Shown here: positions 26,447-39,628 of the stretch, in pieces
Numbering within the stretch: position 1 is the first letter of the stretch
How the letters are laid out: each line of letters opens with the position of its first letter
Assembly: GCA_973895155.1 (NCBI GenBank)
Contig: OZ316891.1
Span: 3,485,801-3,549,800 of the forward strand
Direction of reading: 5' to 3'
Length of the DNA stretch: 64,000 nt
Origin: Marsupella aquatica
Lineage: Eukaryota > Plantae > Marchantiophyta
The notes under the pieces: model-generated
The model's database searches: none
The model's input: the letters and a program-made list of their open reading frames with translations, nothing else
Told to the model about the DNA's origin: nothing
Position numbers and translations under genes: made by a program

Positions 26447-29439
26447 AAATGAACTTTCAACTGTAAGGTTTGGGGTTTAAAAACTCATACCAAAAGGGAG
26501 TGGATCAGATGTCGGCCATCTCCAAAACAGACAGAAAACTTGTCAAATGAGACAAGTTGAGAAGTCAAGTTATCATAGAAACTCTTGCTTTTCTTCCCAA
26601 GCTGAGTCTGCTCTGCAACATCTTCTGTTGTCTCTTCATAATTCTCCAAACATCCTGCTTTCTTAAAGCTTAACAAAATTTTTCCAGAAATCTCATCTGC
26701 CTCACATTCTTCAGTGAATGACACTTTGAAGAATGCATAAGTTACAAAAAGACAATTGACATCATAAATTGTTGATGTAGAAGATGACGGTCGAGATTGT
26801 GTCTAGTATTGTGTTGTGAATGCAACATAATGTGGGTGTGCTGAAATGGCACTCATCACAAAGAAAGAGTCGATCGCAGATGATATCACTACCACGACAT
26901 GAGATGGTTTGGACCCAATCATAGAAGCTGCATCAAAGAATGCTTCATATGTCTTCCGTGTCATGGGACTTATTCCAGGTATCATGGTAACATCCAAGAA
27001 TATGAATGTTGCCATTTCTTTCAATTCCAAGATGATTGGACAAAAAAATGCAGGAGTTCCAAATCCCTCATTTGAACAAAACCTAAGTTTTGAGTCAAGT
27101 TTCACAACCACCGGATTACCTTTTCCATCCACTGAAGCCCTGATTGACCATATCAAACTCTTAAAAACTCCAGGCATAAGATTTTGCAACTCGTCATTTC
27201 CAGTGTTCTTCGTTAATGATTTTGGGATCTTACTGCAGGTCCAAGCGTAGTTCGAAGTTTTTCAACTTTATCTGGAGTAAGCTTAAAAAAAGCTCGCATT
27301 GCATTCACCTTCTCGATTCTCTGCTCCATGGGCAACGCTCGTAGTTTCCCCTTAGGCATATTATCTTTTGCAAGATATTTCAAAAGCAGTATCTCAAACT
27401 CCTTATCCTGCTTCTTCTGAACGCAAAACTCATCAAGAGCAATGAAATCTTCTTCGATAGGAACTGCATCTATCTTCTTTGCAATTCCGCTACTTCGTTG
27501 CTTCATTAGTGAGATCTTCTTATTGGTAAGAAGATACCTTGCAATCTTCATCAACACTGCATCTTCAACACCAAGAAAATCCCGAAATGTTCTTCGTGCC
27601 ACCTCCCAAGCTCCTCGAGCAGAATCTTTCTTAATAACATCTCTCTGTAAGAACCCATTGAAAGCAACCAATTTTCCTTCTCTTGACATCTCGTAAACTT
27701 TCATCCACAAGTTGAAGGTGGAATCTGTCATATTTAAGATGAAAGGTCCAAGTTCACCCAAATTAAATTTTCCATTCTCCTCTTTAGCCCAAGGGATGAC
27801 GATCATTGCTGCTTTTGAGAAGTGTTGTTCACACACAACTAAAATCATTAGGTGGATACGAACCATGGTTCACACTGTTCTACTTTTCACATTCTATTGC
27901 ATTCAGATGCACTAGCAGAAGTTAAACAAGAATAAAAATAAACTTATGAAATATATGACTCTTACCTTCCATTTTGAATCTTTGGTGCTGTTTGTCTCTG
28001 AAGGAGGACATCCATAACTTTTCCAAATATCTCTGACCTATCTTGCAATCAAGAAAAATTGGGATTCATCCATCGCTGTGTGATGGACATGGTTCAATGT
28101 CTTTGATAATCCCATCATTACCAGGTTCCCAGCCAAATCAAATGGTGCCCAAAACATCACGGCATCAATTGTAAGGCATTTTTTATGAATAGCAACATCC
28201 ACTGATTCATCATTCAAAAGTAATCGGTAAGCTATTACTGTGTGCTGGCCTCCAATTATCCAAAAATGATAATTGTCAATTTGATCAAGGATCGGTGGGT
28301 GTGACAATGGAGTCCCACAATAACCAACTTCAGTGCTCCTGCATGCTCTCATCCCAAAGCACTGGGATGAGGAAACAAACCCGCTTCTCAAAATTTACCA
28401 ACGACTGAAATTTCATCGAGTTGGCAAGGTCCCTTGAGTAATCAGGGTCATGTTCTCTACATTTTACAACATTGGGTGCAATGTGGCATTTCGAATTTTC
28501 AACATTGAAAACTCTACTATCAAAGATGTTTGCTTTTTTATAAACACCATTGAAACTCTTGCAAAGATCTCCAATGTTTTCTCCAGTGATCACTTTTGGA
28601 AGTTCTCCTGTTTCAAACTTGGATTGCTTCTCAAGTTCCTCCTTCTTTCCAACACGAAATGTTTCCAGGAAGGTGCATTTTGCCCATGCCAAGATGGATA
28701 ACATGTACCTCTCGATGCTTGGGCCATTTATGAGTGTAGAAACCTTTGGGAATGTGGGATCCAAAATGGCTGAGAATGCCTCCGGAGATAATCTGCAATT
28801 TGCCTCAATGTATGTTTGGTCAAACATCCCAAATACCTCTCTGGAGAAATAATAGCAAATCCTATTGTTTTGTGATTCATCGACGGTATCCTCCTCGACC
28901 AGAAGGACCAAAGCCTCTTGACAGTCTTTCAGGTTGACATTTTTCTCATAAACACAACTGAGAATTTGAGAGTCTGACAATACCAAAGTCCCCTCTTCAG
29001 AAGCGACGCACATCCGAAGAACATTCTTATCAAGCACCACTCCCCAGTGCTTCATATCTTTATGTTCAACTCGAACAACAGTATCGGTGATGGTGGATTT
29101 CAATGTCATCTTCCTCCCACGAAAATTAGTGATGGAATTCACTCCTGTGACACCCTTTCTAACTTTGGCTTTCCTTTTTTTTGGGCTTCCATCAGTTTTT
29201 TCCAAAGACTTCCGCTTCTTCTTGCTAGTTTCTCCTTCGGATGCCATGACTATGTGCGTTCTCGCTCTGCTTCACAACAAAAACAAATTTGATCATAAGA
29301 ATATTGTCGGCAAGATGTGTCAAGGATATTCTTTAAAGAACATGTTGAATGTTCAAAGAAACCAGATATTTTGAAATGTTTGACTTAATTTTCTCCCAGG
29401 GACAGCATAGAGTAGTTTGGATTCTGGCAAAATGTAGAT

Positions 29440-30455
29440 CATCAAACCATGGTTCATGCTACAAGCTCTAAATCTAGATGAAATCAAAGATGACTAGGGA
29501 TAGTGCAAACAAAGGTTCATGGAATAATAGTTAGCTTCAATGAATCTAAATGAATTGAATCAAAGACTACTGGGACAGTGCAAACCAAGGTTCGTGCAAG
29601 ATAGCTAGCTGTGACTGGTATTTATTCTTTGTACTGCAAACCATGGTTTGCTCTGCAAATGGTTACAGGGAATGAACTTCAGGACAAATCAATGGGGACA
29701 CTGCAAACCAAGATTCGTGCAATGAGGGCTTGTGATACTTATTCTCAGTAGTGCAAACCATGGTTTGCACTGCAACATTTGATATGACTTTCACGTTAAT
29801 AAATGAATGGCAACACTAACAATCAAAATGAACATGAAGTAATAAGGCTTGGATATCAATAGGTCCCTTTGTGCAACAAGGTCTAGAAAAATTGACTAGG
29901 AAGATAAACTTCAGAGCAAACCATGGTTCATGCCCTTGAAAGCAAAATTGAGCTTCATTAAGATTAGAAATTGGACTGGGTGGACATGCATGATGTGCAA
30001 ATCCTTGTTTGTGCTGCAAGTACAAATGTAAATCCATTTGCTAGAAAATTGTTGGCTGGAAGGACAGCCAAGTCCAGATGTGAGTTGTGATAGTGGGAGT
30101 CACATATTACCCCTTCATAGCACAAACCATGGTTTGTGCCACGATAGGTACAAGGCACCAGATTTGGAAAATGTAATGCCTCAAAGGAAGGTGAGTTGAG
30201 GTCAGAGTGGTGGAATTAGACTTAACATAAAGATGTGCAAACCATGGTTTGTGCTATATGAAATCATGGAAATCTATTTCAGAGACAGGGCCGACTGGGA
30301 GGATAATCGAGGTCACTTGCTTCGCAGCACAAGCCATGGTTCATGCAGCAATTGATAAATGTATTGCCTCAAAGGAAGGCTAGCTCAGTTGACCACAGAG
30401 AGGCCAAGGGGACACAATGTGAGAGACAGTTGAATTGCACATCATGGTTTGAGCT
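29440..30455. promoter_or_regulatory. Cluster of GCAAACCATGGTTYGC palindromes upstream of the ParB-like gene
   Basis: Exact AACCATGGTT at 29445, 29639, 29756, 29919, 30125 and 30240, plus several 1-2 mismatch copies. 22-bp perfect palindrome agtgcaaaccatggtttgcact at 29750-29771. Regulatory role is inferred. Confidence 0.7.
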
Positions 30456-33400
30456 GGTAGGGATAAAATGCAATCCATTTCATAAAGTGGGATTGCTGGA
30501 ATGATAGCTGACCTAGGAGTGGAGTGATTTTATTGGGACTCCACAACATGGAACGGATTCAGGAAATGCACTGGCCGTAACGACTTAGCTGCTGGCCTCA
30601 GGGATGATTTCTTTGATAAGGTGTATAGTCCGTAACAGCTTACTTGAAGGATTCATGGATTGAGTTAGGATTGTGGGAAGAAGGGGATATTACAATCCTC
30701 CATAAAATTTTAGTTGTGACCTCCAAGTTTAGACTTTGGTTATTGTTAATGAACATAAAATGACCTTTAGGAATAGTCAAGCACAATAGGACAAATCTTG
30801 CTATGGCAATCTTCAGCACACTCTGGACTACAGAGATTGAGGGCAGGTTACCTATGATCAAGTGCACTTCAAGTTAGCTCAGCAACCCTGCTCAGACCAG
30901 CTCAAGCCTCAACAACTCCGCGCTGATGGGGATTAGAAAAAGGGATATATGCCACGTTTAGGCCAGTTATTGAGATGAGAAGGGGTAGCTCGATCCACCT
31001 TCCTAGACTGCCAAACACATGCAAGATCACACTTCATCATGTGCTCACAAAGCCAATATCAAAGGGTATATATTCAAACATATATGCCATAACAAGAAGT
31101 TTCCAATTAACAAAGGCTCCAAAACAACGATAGAGACTTAAGGATGTCCAACAGTATAATTGTGTAGCAGCACTTACCACTGAGAATAGTCCTGGCCTTC
31201 ACACAGCATGTGAGAATAGTCCTGGCCTTCCATGCCTTTACGCAGCATACTGCACCACACAAAGGAACAAAACCAAAAGTTGAGCATTAAAACTCTTACC
31301 AATCACAAAGAGTTACAAGAACACGACTCAATACTGAGAGGCATGATCAACAAATGAGTCAATCCACCCAAATAGCAAGGGCGGAGGTGACAAAGGAACA
31401 CTAATTTAAAGAACAACCACTTCTGAAGGGAAAAAAAGACAATCTGATCAAAAGCATGTGAGATTTGTAGAACCAAATGAAAACATACAACCAAAATTTA
31501 GTCTTCCTACCGCGTGCTTGGAAACTCTATTGTTGAGTGTTGCTCTAAGCTACTATCTTCCACATGGCTGCCAACAGTAAGCAACAACAGTTTGCTGCAT
31601 TAATTGTTTGAATGGGTCTGTTTGCACAGCCAAGCATACACTCTGACAAGCATATTATTGACATGTAGCATCGTAATGAAACTAAGGCACTTGATACTTG
31701 TACACTGAACTGAGTAGACAGCCGGGTAGACTGCAGACTGTGAGAGTGTGAATGTTAAATTAGACCAAGACGTGCAAGTTGGACAAATGAGTTCATGTTG
31801 TGACATAGGTAGTCGTCCCGACCTCTCTACTCTACTCTACTCAATCACATATATGCCAATATATACATTATCGACCCTTACTGACTGAGATCAATTCCTA
31901 GATCTTAGAAGGCCCAGAATCGGGCCCAAAATATTTGATCTAGTCATTTTTAATTTACCTCAAACTAAGCCCTCGATATATCAGACTAAATATTCAGCTT
32001 CTTGCCATGATTGATTGATTAGTTATGAATTAGCAGCAAATTTTTGGATTAATTTCTTAAACTCTACGTACGTCCATATACTAGTCTGAGTTGTCTTTGC
32101 ACAGAAACCAAACCTTGTGCTAAGAATGCTTGCAATTGATACTCAATCCATACACAGTCCCAACAAAGATACCTCTCCTTGAGTGACTCGATCTACGGCC
32201 TCTTTAGCATTATTGACAGGGCTGACTTCTGGCACGTAGAGGCTAATTATATGCAGTTGCCCAATAATAGTTTAGTGCATACCCAAATCTGACCTGTGCT
32301 TTTACTGTCAACGGCTACGCCTGTTGCTCACTCTATTGTGTTGAAGTCAAAGTTGTCTTGGACCTACATGTCCAGGCATCAAACTTTAGTATCACAAGGC
32401 CACCACTAAAGAAGATAAACAGTGAATATAATTTTCAACAAGCTAAAACAATGAACTGAAACTTTGGCAAACCCACCACAGTATTTAATTGCATGCAGCA
32501 GAAAACGATGAGATGCACATAAAAAACTTTACAAATTATATTCATGTACGTCTACAAGACAATTTATCAATGCCATTGCTCTTGGTTAGAACACATGTCG
32601 GAAGCAAAGTGATGAATCAATATGTAGAGTACATTATAGTTTCATAATTTGTGTTGTCTGACGTAAAACTAGGAGAGCAATATTCCTCTTCCAATCAAAG
32701 TGGTAAGAATATTAAAATAGACAGGGAAGTACCTTCCTAACAATCACATAACCTTGGTAATGAAGACCAGATCTACCTTCTGTTGTTGGTGAAGTACGTT
32801 GTTGGTGAAGTAGTAGTTTAACTTTGAATAGCATCCCTGGGAGGATCGCAGCACTAAATTACATATTTGACATGCAGCGCTCCTGTCCAATGGAAGTACA
32901 AATGACATCAGAAGAATAAAGAAAATGTGTCCATCTACACACAAGACAAATGTACTACTATTTTAATTTTATGCTGTGTAGCTATCCATCTGATTACATA
33001 ATTGTTTTAAAATTTGGCATTTGTTAGATAATCTCACGCATGGATCTAGATTCTAGTTTTTGTCAGGCTGACATCGACATTGAGAATTAAATTCTAATCT
33101 ATTGCAAGCTTTGTCAAACTTTCTAAGTTTGAATAACACTGTATGGTCAATTCGTCTTATCCTTGTTCCAATCAGATTGCTAAGAACGTTAAAAATAGAT
33201 AGGGAACTACTGTACCTAGCTTCCAACGAGCACATAACCTTCAGAATAAAACCGAGATCTATACCTGTTGGGAGAAACTAGCTCTCTGGGAGAGGCGCAA
33301 CAATAAAATACGTCGTCGACATGCAGCGCTCCTGTCCAACAGAAGCAGGCATAGTGTTAGGAGAATAGAAAAAATGTAGCTATCATGCAGAGCTCCAATG

Positions 33401-33819
33401 AAAGCACATAAATGTTACGGAGTAGGAAGATCTGGAAACCAAATGTGTCATTCTTTATACCGTTGGAAAGAAGAAGTCAAGCCGCATCCAACAAACCTAG
33501 ACACTCAGGTTTGAGAGAAAGAGGAAGATGCAGTATGAATCGTAAGTAGGCAAAAAAATGCAAAAATAACATAACTAGACACAGAAAAATGCATAAATGT
33601 TGACTGGGTCAATGTGACACGATTTTCAATAATACTGGATGAAAATAGGCAATTAAGGCATCGTTGGAAAGGATTTTCAAATGCTTTTGAAACAAGCCCA
33701 TGAGCAAGACTTCTTGTTGAGTAAACACTGAGATCGGAAGACAAGTCAGAGAAGGAGATTGAAGGAACATCAATCCTCCATTACAACCGGGAGCCAGGAA
33801 GAAACGAATAAAGAACAGC

Positions 33820-34425
33820 GCAGGTGATGGGAACTGCTAGCAAACCCCTGCGGCAAGGCTCTGCTTGGAAGAAACGAATGAAAAACAGTGCAGGTGATGG
33901 GAACTGCTAGCAAACCCCTGCAGCAAGGCTCTGCTTCACTTTGGTCGATATCAAAATTATACACATAGATGCAAAGTGACGACATACATTCCACATACAG
34001 GCTAGCTCACCTATTCTCCATCACTTTCACATCAGGTCACCTCAGCGCAGCACTCACTCAGCGATTACTCACAGTCCTAGCACTCACTCAGGAACGACTC
34101 ACAGTCCTGTATTCCAGCTCCATCTTGCCAAAACTTAGCTCAACTCCAGCTCACGGTTGAGGTCCAAATCATTCTTCAGCTCCAACTCACAGTTCAGGGT
34201 CTCAGCACTTGCACCAAAGCACAACTTGATGTAGCTCTCGCTCCAAACTTTCCCGCAACTCACAAGATTGACCTTCAGATTTTGAGCTCCCACTATACTT
34301 GCCACTTGACCTAGCAAACTAACTTGATGTAGCTCACGCTCCAAACTTTCCCGCAACTCACCTTACTCATAAGATCGAATTCCAGATTTTGAACTCCCAC
34401 TATACTTGCTACTTGACCTAGCACG
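33820..34425. repeat. Local direct duplications (~46, ~30 and ~100 bp)
   Basis: gcaggtgatgggaactgctagcaaacccctgc x2; cactcactcag..actcacagtcct x2; aacttgatgtagctc.cgctccaaactttcccgcaactcac...cttgacctagca x2. Confidence 0.8.
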
Positions 34426-36359
34426 CCCTACCTTGCAGGCACTCACACAACAGTGCGCACGAGAAATCCACTCAATGTGAACTTTTCACACAAAACATGA
34501 GCGGGAGACATGCACTGAAAAATGGGACATTAATTCAAGTTAGAGGAATTGGAGGGAACCCTTGCCATCAAATTTGGCTTGGCCATAAGGAAAAGCGGAG
34601 GATGGCTGGCCATAGCTTTTGCACAAACTTAATTATTCAAAAGGTTTATTTTTTATTTTTCAGTAACCTCTTCATTCACTTATGATCAAGACATATATCC
34701 AATTGTTATGGCAAAAAGTGATAAATTATGACTTTGGTAGTTCATAACTTGTTCTGCCCATAAACTGTCCACCCGCCTGTCCATAACTTGTGATGTCTGG
34801 ATGTAAGCAACTTTGAGACACATTATTTGAAACTTTGAGATGCCTTATCGGTTTACATGGTTCAAGGCCATATTGGTTGGTGTCACTACTGAAAAATATG
34901 ACATTGTAAAGTGTGGCATTGGTTAGTGCCAACCTCCCTCAAAGTCTTGAGTTGGCACAAGTTGTTCAGATGGTCGGCACTAGACATTGATCGAAGATAA
35001 TGGAGCCAACTGTTACGTGGAAGTTCCCATTGATATAACCGTGCATCCTCTTACACAAAACAGTAGTCCAACTTACTGATCCCCAACATTTGGTCATAAA
35101 CAATGGGTCACATTTGGGGAAAGGGTATATTAATTATATTTGGCGCAAATTAATGTACACCATGAGATTAAATAACTTAAGCCATGGCACAATTGAGTTC
35201 TTTAGGTATAGAACTAAATTGTAATGTCCTTATGCTACTTATCATCAAATCCTTTTGACTTACTTACCACAGTCACATGAATGACTCTCCAATGAGTCAG
35301 GAGTAACATATCTTTTCATTACCTGAAAAACTCTTAGTTAACCGTGAACATAGTGGTTCAATGGGCAAAGGCAAGGGAGGGCCAAGAGGGGGTACCTCAC
35401 TACGTACAATAGTGTCATGTGCCAAAGAAAGGAAAAAATAAATAGAGTTAGAGTGAAAAGACGCAAACATGACGTTTTTACTTGAAAAGTAGAAAAATGT
35501 GATTTTATAAAAGAATGAACAGTAAGCAGATAAGAGGGCAATGACTAAACTATTTTTTAAGTTGAAAAGGAGGAAAGAATCTTTAAAAAGTGAATAGTAA
35601 AGGAATGAAAGCGCAATGACTGCATTACATGACAAAAGAGAAAAGAATAATAAAAGAACTTAGTTAAATTCTTGACTTAGCACATATGATAAAAGAGAAG
35701 ACTCCGACACTGTCTCCCTCCTAGAACAAGTAAAAACAAATATTGTGTTTGCTGCATGCGGACAAACATACCCTATCTGAATCAAGAAAGAATAAAGATT
35801 ATGTTTCATTTGCAAAGAGGTATGCTATCAAAATTTAGTATTCAATTTGTCATTATAAATACGATTGACTCCAAAGTACAGGAAGTATTAGGGGTGCAGA
35901 GTCGGGCTGGCAGTCGGGTGGAGACTAACACCTTCCAAACTTGGGCCTTTCCAGGTTTTGGTGATTGCTAACCCACAAGACATAAATAAAACCCTCATAG
36001 AAACTGTCACAACAAGGTCGCTTCTCAGGTCGCTTACAGAATGATGGGAATACATAACGCAGACTCTCAAGAGTGTGGCAATTGTTTCTGCTTGCCATAG
36101 AGTTGTTTAGTTTGAGGATACTTCTTTCATTTCATAAAACTTAACCCAACTCAGATTGTTCATTGAGCTAACTTTGGGGAATGAGTATAACTTGCCCACT
36201 TGAAGGGTGTTTTTAATCCCATTCAGACTAATTTTTATAATTAAATTACAACAAACCAACCTCCAAATTTATACAAGTTTGGGTTTATAAGTCAGAAAGA
36301 TATTTCCAAAGTGGTGGCATATTAATCAGACTGAAGGGGTCTTATAATTATGTATGTGC

Positions 36360-36835
36360 CATGCGTCATTGTATAAGTGGTCCATGTGGCAAGGTCTCTT
36401 TGCAATATGTGGCAAATCCAAGTTATATTTCCATTTTAATGGGTGCGCCTATCCTAAGGTAAAAGCAGGGGTAAAAGGGTTTTGGGGGTTTAGTGAGGGG
36501 TTAAGTTTGGGAAAGGCTTTGGTATGACAGATTCAGAGTTTTGTGGGGAGTGCACAGATCAAAGTCTTGAAAGGTCCAGATCTTTTGTCTTAGAGCCTAT
36601 ACCAGTTTTGGGGACCAGTTTGGCCAAAGTGGTCATTCAAACATAATTATATAAATTGTATGTGTGACTGTATGCATCCTTTTGTTTGGAATACTTGTGT
36701 ATCTGGTATGCTAGCCCTATGTTGGGTTTTCCTAATTATAATTCCTGAATGGGTTTTCAAATATAGATTTCACCAGTTTTGTAAGGCACCTAAGGGTGTA
36801 AAACGTTATCAGAAATTAATTTTTTACATATAACA
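36360..36835 (+). repeat. Uninterrupted copy of the short repeat that hosts the outer transposon
   Basis: 5' half matches 16490-16690; 3' half matches 61680-61860 (ttataattcctgaatgggttttcaaatat; cacctaagggt; tttttacatataa). Confidence 0.8.
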
Positions 36836-37656
36836 ACGATATACTTAATATACATAGAGTGAGGGCACGGGCACGGGTCCCCCACCCCTAGACTGCCCCT
36901 AATCTCCATGACTAATCATTTACTTTAGGCAATCATTTCAATTTTTATTATGTTTGACTTTAGGGTTTAGGGTTTAGGGTTTACATGATCAAATTGCATA
37001 ATGATTTGTGGACAAATAGAAAAATGACACTCCCCTTCTTTGACTATGACCCTTGGTTTCTTAAAAATAATATCAAGATTTTGGAAATTATATAATTTTG
37101 AGCAAAAGAAGAGGCCCTCTTGAAGGATATTTCTTGTCTCCCAATAGCTTTTGGTCACACAAAGATTCATTGAGCTAACTATCCCTAAGGAGATATTTAT
37201 AACCTCATGGATGTGCTTCCTACCAAAATACCCTTATTTTCACAACTACCCAGGGTTTTCCTCAAACTTTTCAAGTGTTAATCTATTATTGAGAACGTAC
37301 AATGCATTTGAGCTCCGTCCTGGTAATGCTCCTGGAGACCCTGAGCACTATGATTTCGTCTCACAATGCCAAATTCAAACACAACAACAATTTGCAAACA
37401 CAACACCACATACATACAAAAAGCCAAAACAGAGAGTCAAAACCTAGATAGTAGAGTAACAAAGTAAAGACTTAATCACTATGTGGAACTTGTGGGGAAA
37501 CTTGGAGATAATAGTTATGTCTCTACCTAACAGATTGATGTCGTCCAGTGAGATCTTTTCATGTTGGTTCAGGAGTCTAATTCTGGATTTTGAAGTGTTG
37601 TGGTTAGAAATTTGTTCTCTAAGCCGTAGTATGCTTGTCACATTATAAGAAAGCTA

Positions 37657-38022
37657 CACTGTTCACCGTAATTAGTGTGAGTAACACTAATTCGAGAGCG
37701 ACCATATTCAGGGTCTACTCGCGAATTAGTGTTAGTCACACTAATTTTGTGCTAACACTATTTTTGCGCACATGAATTAGTGTTACTATGGTCTTAAAAG
37801 TGGCAAAATACAAAGAAAAAAACTATTTTAAAAAATCCACAACAATTAGTGTTACTTTGGACTAGAGATCAGCCGTTTTTTACAAGCAATTTAAAACTAA
37901 ACTGAAAAAAATTCATTTTGAAAACCGACAAAAATTAGTGTTACTTGGACTCAAAATCATTTTTACCAAAATTACTGTTAGTAACACTAATTTTGCACTA
38001 ACACTAATTATGGTGAACAGTG
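37657..38022. mobile_element. MITE with CACTG termini, TA flanks and many taacactaatt subterminal repeats
   Basis: TIR cactgttcaccgtaattagtgt vs cactgttcaccataattagtgt (21/22); TA at 37655-56 and 38023-24. Confidence 0.88.
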
Positions 38023-38389
38023 TAGGTTCTTTTTAAGGTTTATCAAAATGCAGTAGTTCATCTGACAACTTAATGTATCTTGGTTCTGTAGGGGTGGTAG
38101 ATGGTTCCTATGCGATGGTCTTCAAACGTATTGTTTATGGTCAGCTGAAGAACCAAGGTATAACCATTTGATTCAACACAACTTGGAGTTCTCAATTTCT
38201 ACAGATTAACTAGACATATCAGGATTCAACCCCGGATTCAACTAAGTATCTTCAGTTGTGATTATTCTGCTAGGGAGTTTGAGGTGAGGATCTCAATGGC
38301 TGGAAAGTTCCCATCCTAACTTGCTCTGGGACTTGCTCTTGTACTCCATTTTTTTGCCGTTAGGCATGGCATTGCTCTTACATAATTAT

Positions 38390-38579
38390 CCTTTTGATGG
38401 CTTTGATTAAAGCTGCTATTGCATAGGTCCTTTTGACTGTGTTGCTTAAACCTGCTTCGCCGAAAGCTGCTGTTGCATAATTACCATTTTTATACAGTAC
38501 TTGTTTTGAAAAAGACTTCAATTGTTTTCTACCAGCTTCACGGTATGCAACAGCAGCTTTAATCAAAGCCATCAAAAGG
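38390..38579. mobile_element. Small (~190-bp) MITE with ~36-bp TIRs
   Basis: ccttttgatggctttgattaaagctgctattgcata vs reverse complement of 38544-38579, one mismatch. TSD not exact. Confidence 0.75.
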
Positions 38580-39628
38580 GTTTAGGGTGTAGACTAGTGG
38601 GGTTTAGGGTGTAGACTAGTGCTATCTCCTTGCTTTCCACATTCACAAATTATTAGAGTATCTACTTACAATAATGGACACTTACAATAATGGACCCTTA
38701 ATCTACTTTTACATGCTCCCCCAGGTCCATGAACACACCCTAATTTATTTTTACATCAAACTGCCAAAAGCAGAAGGCGCCCAACTGGGAGACATGATCC
38801 CACAGGCCAAAAACCCAATCAAGGGAGAACACAAAAAAGGCCAAAACGTTTATCAGTTTAGGGTTAACACCAGGCAGGGTTTCCCGCACAAGAGGAGACA
38901 CAAAAACCAAATTCTACCTATCCGCATACTGAAGAGCCTGGTCAAGCTCACGAGTAAACTGCATAGGAGGAAAGGGAATCCGACTAGTTGCTCGAAACCC
39001 ACCTGCATCTCCCCTACAAAGAATGGTTAAAACTCAATAAGAAGAACCCACTAACTTAAAGTATGGTTGGTTTATAGTGCCCCTAGCTAACTATACCATT
39101 TTTCAATAATTAGTACATGGTTGAATCTCAACAAAAGCTTGAGCAACCCCAATTTGCACCTTAAAAACTCTCAACCCAAACGGGCTTTTGACCCACAACA
39201 AATAATGGCCAAAAACTCTCTTAATGCACCTTTGAATACTAATGTACCCGAGTAGAACCAAATAAACATAGTGAAAACTCAAAAAGAATAACTAAGAAAT
39301 TTAAAGTATGGTTGGTTTAAAGTTCCTCCTTCTTATTTGGCACGTTAAATTTGAATTCTCTTTGACCCTGAGTTCTTGGGACAAACTATAAATTGTAGTA
39401 CTAGTTTCACAAAAAACACACATAGTTGTATTTGTTTAGGTTTGGGTCTGGCATAACCATTGGCCCGGAACTTTGAAATGGACATGCCCCAAGGGCCCAC
39501 ACATGGGCCCACAATGAGGTTTGACTAAGGCTAACCCCAGGTTAAGGTTTGAATCAGGGGCTTTAGGGTTTAGACTAGTGCTATCTCCTTGCTTAGTTCC
39601 TACAGTCACTCACAAATTATCTACTTAC

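Larger units (their letters stand above)
22042..29247 (-). pseudogene. ParB/Srx-like domain protein with probable degenerate MTase-like C-terminus (inner element cargo)
   Basis: KCHIAPNVVKCREHDPDYSRDLANSM...YHFWIIGGQHTVIAYR is a ParB-like N-terminal motif. It continues through 27213-27866, 26803-27189, 26485-26724 and a last exon 22353-22042. The intron ~26490-22354 (GTATGA...TTGCAG) contains a solo LTR. Confidence 0.7.

Noticed and set aside
37100-38340. Decayed plus-strand reading frame around the MITE
   Set aside because: Multiple stops and no motif I can recognise.
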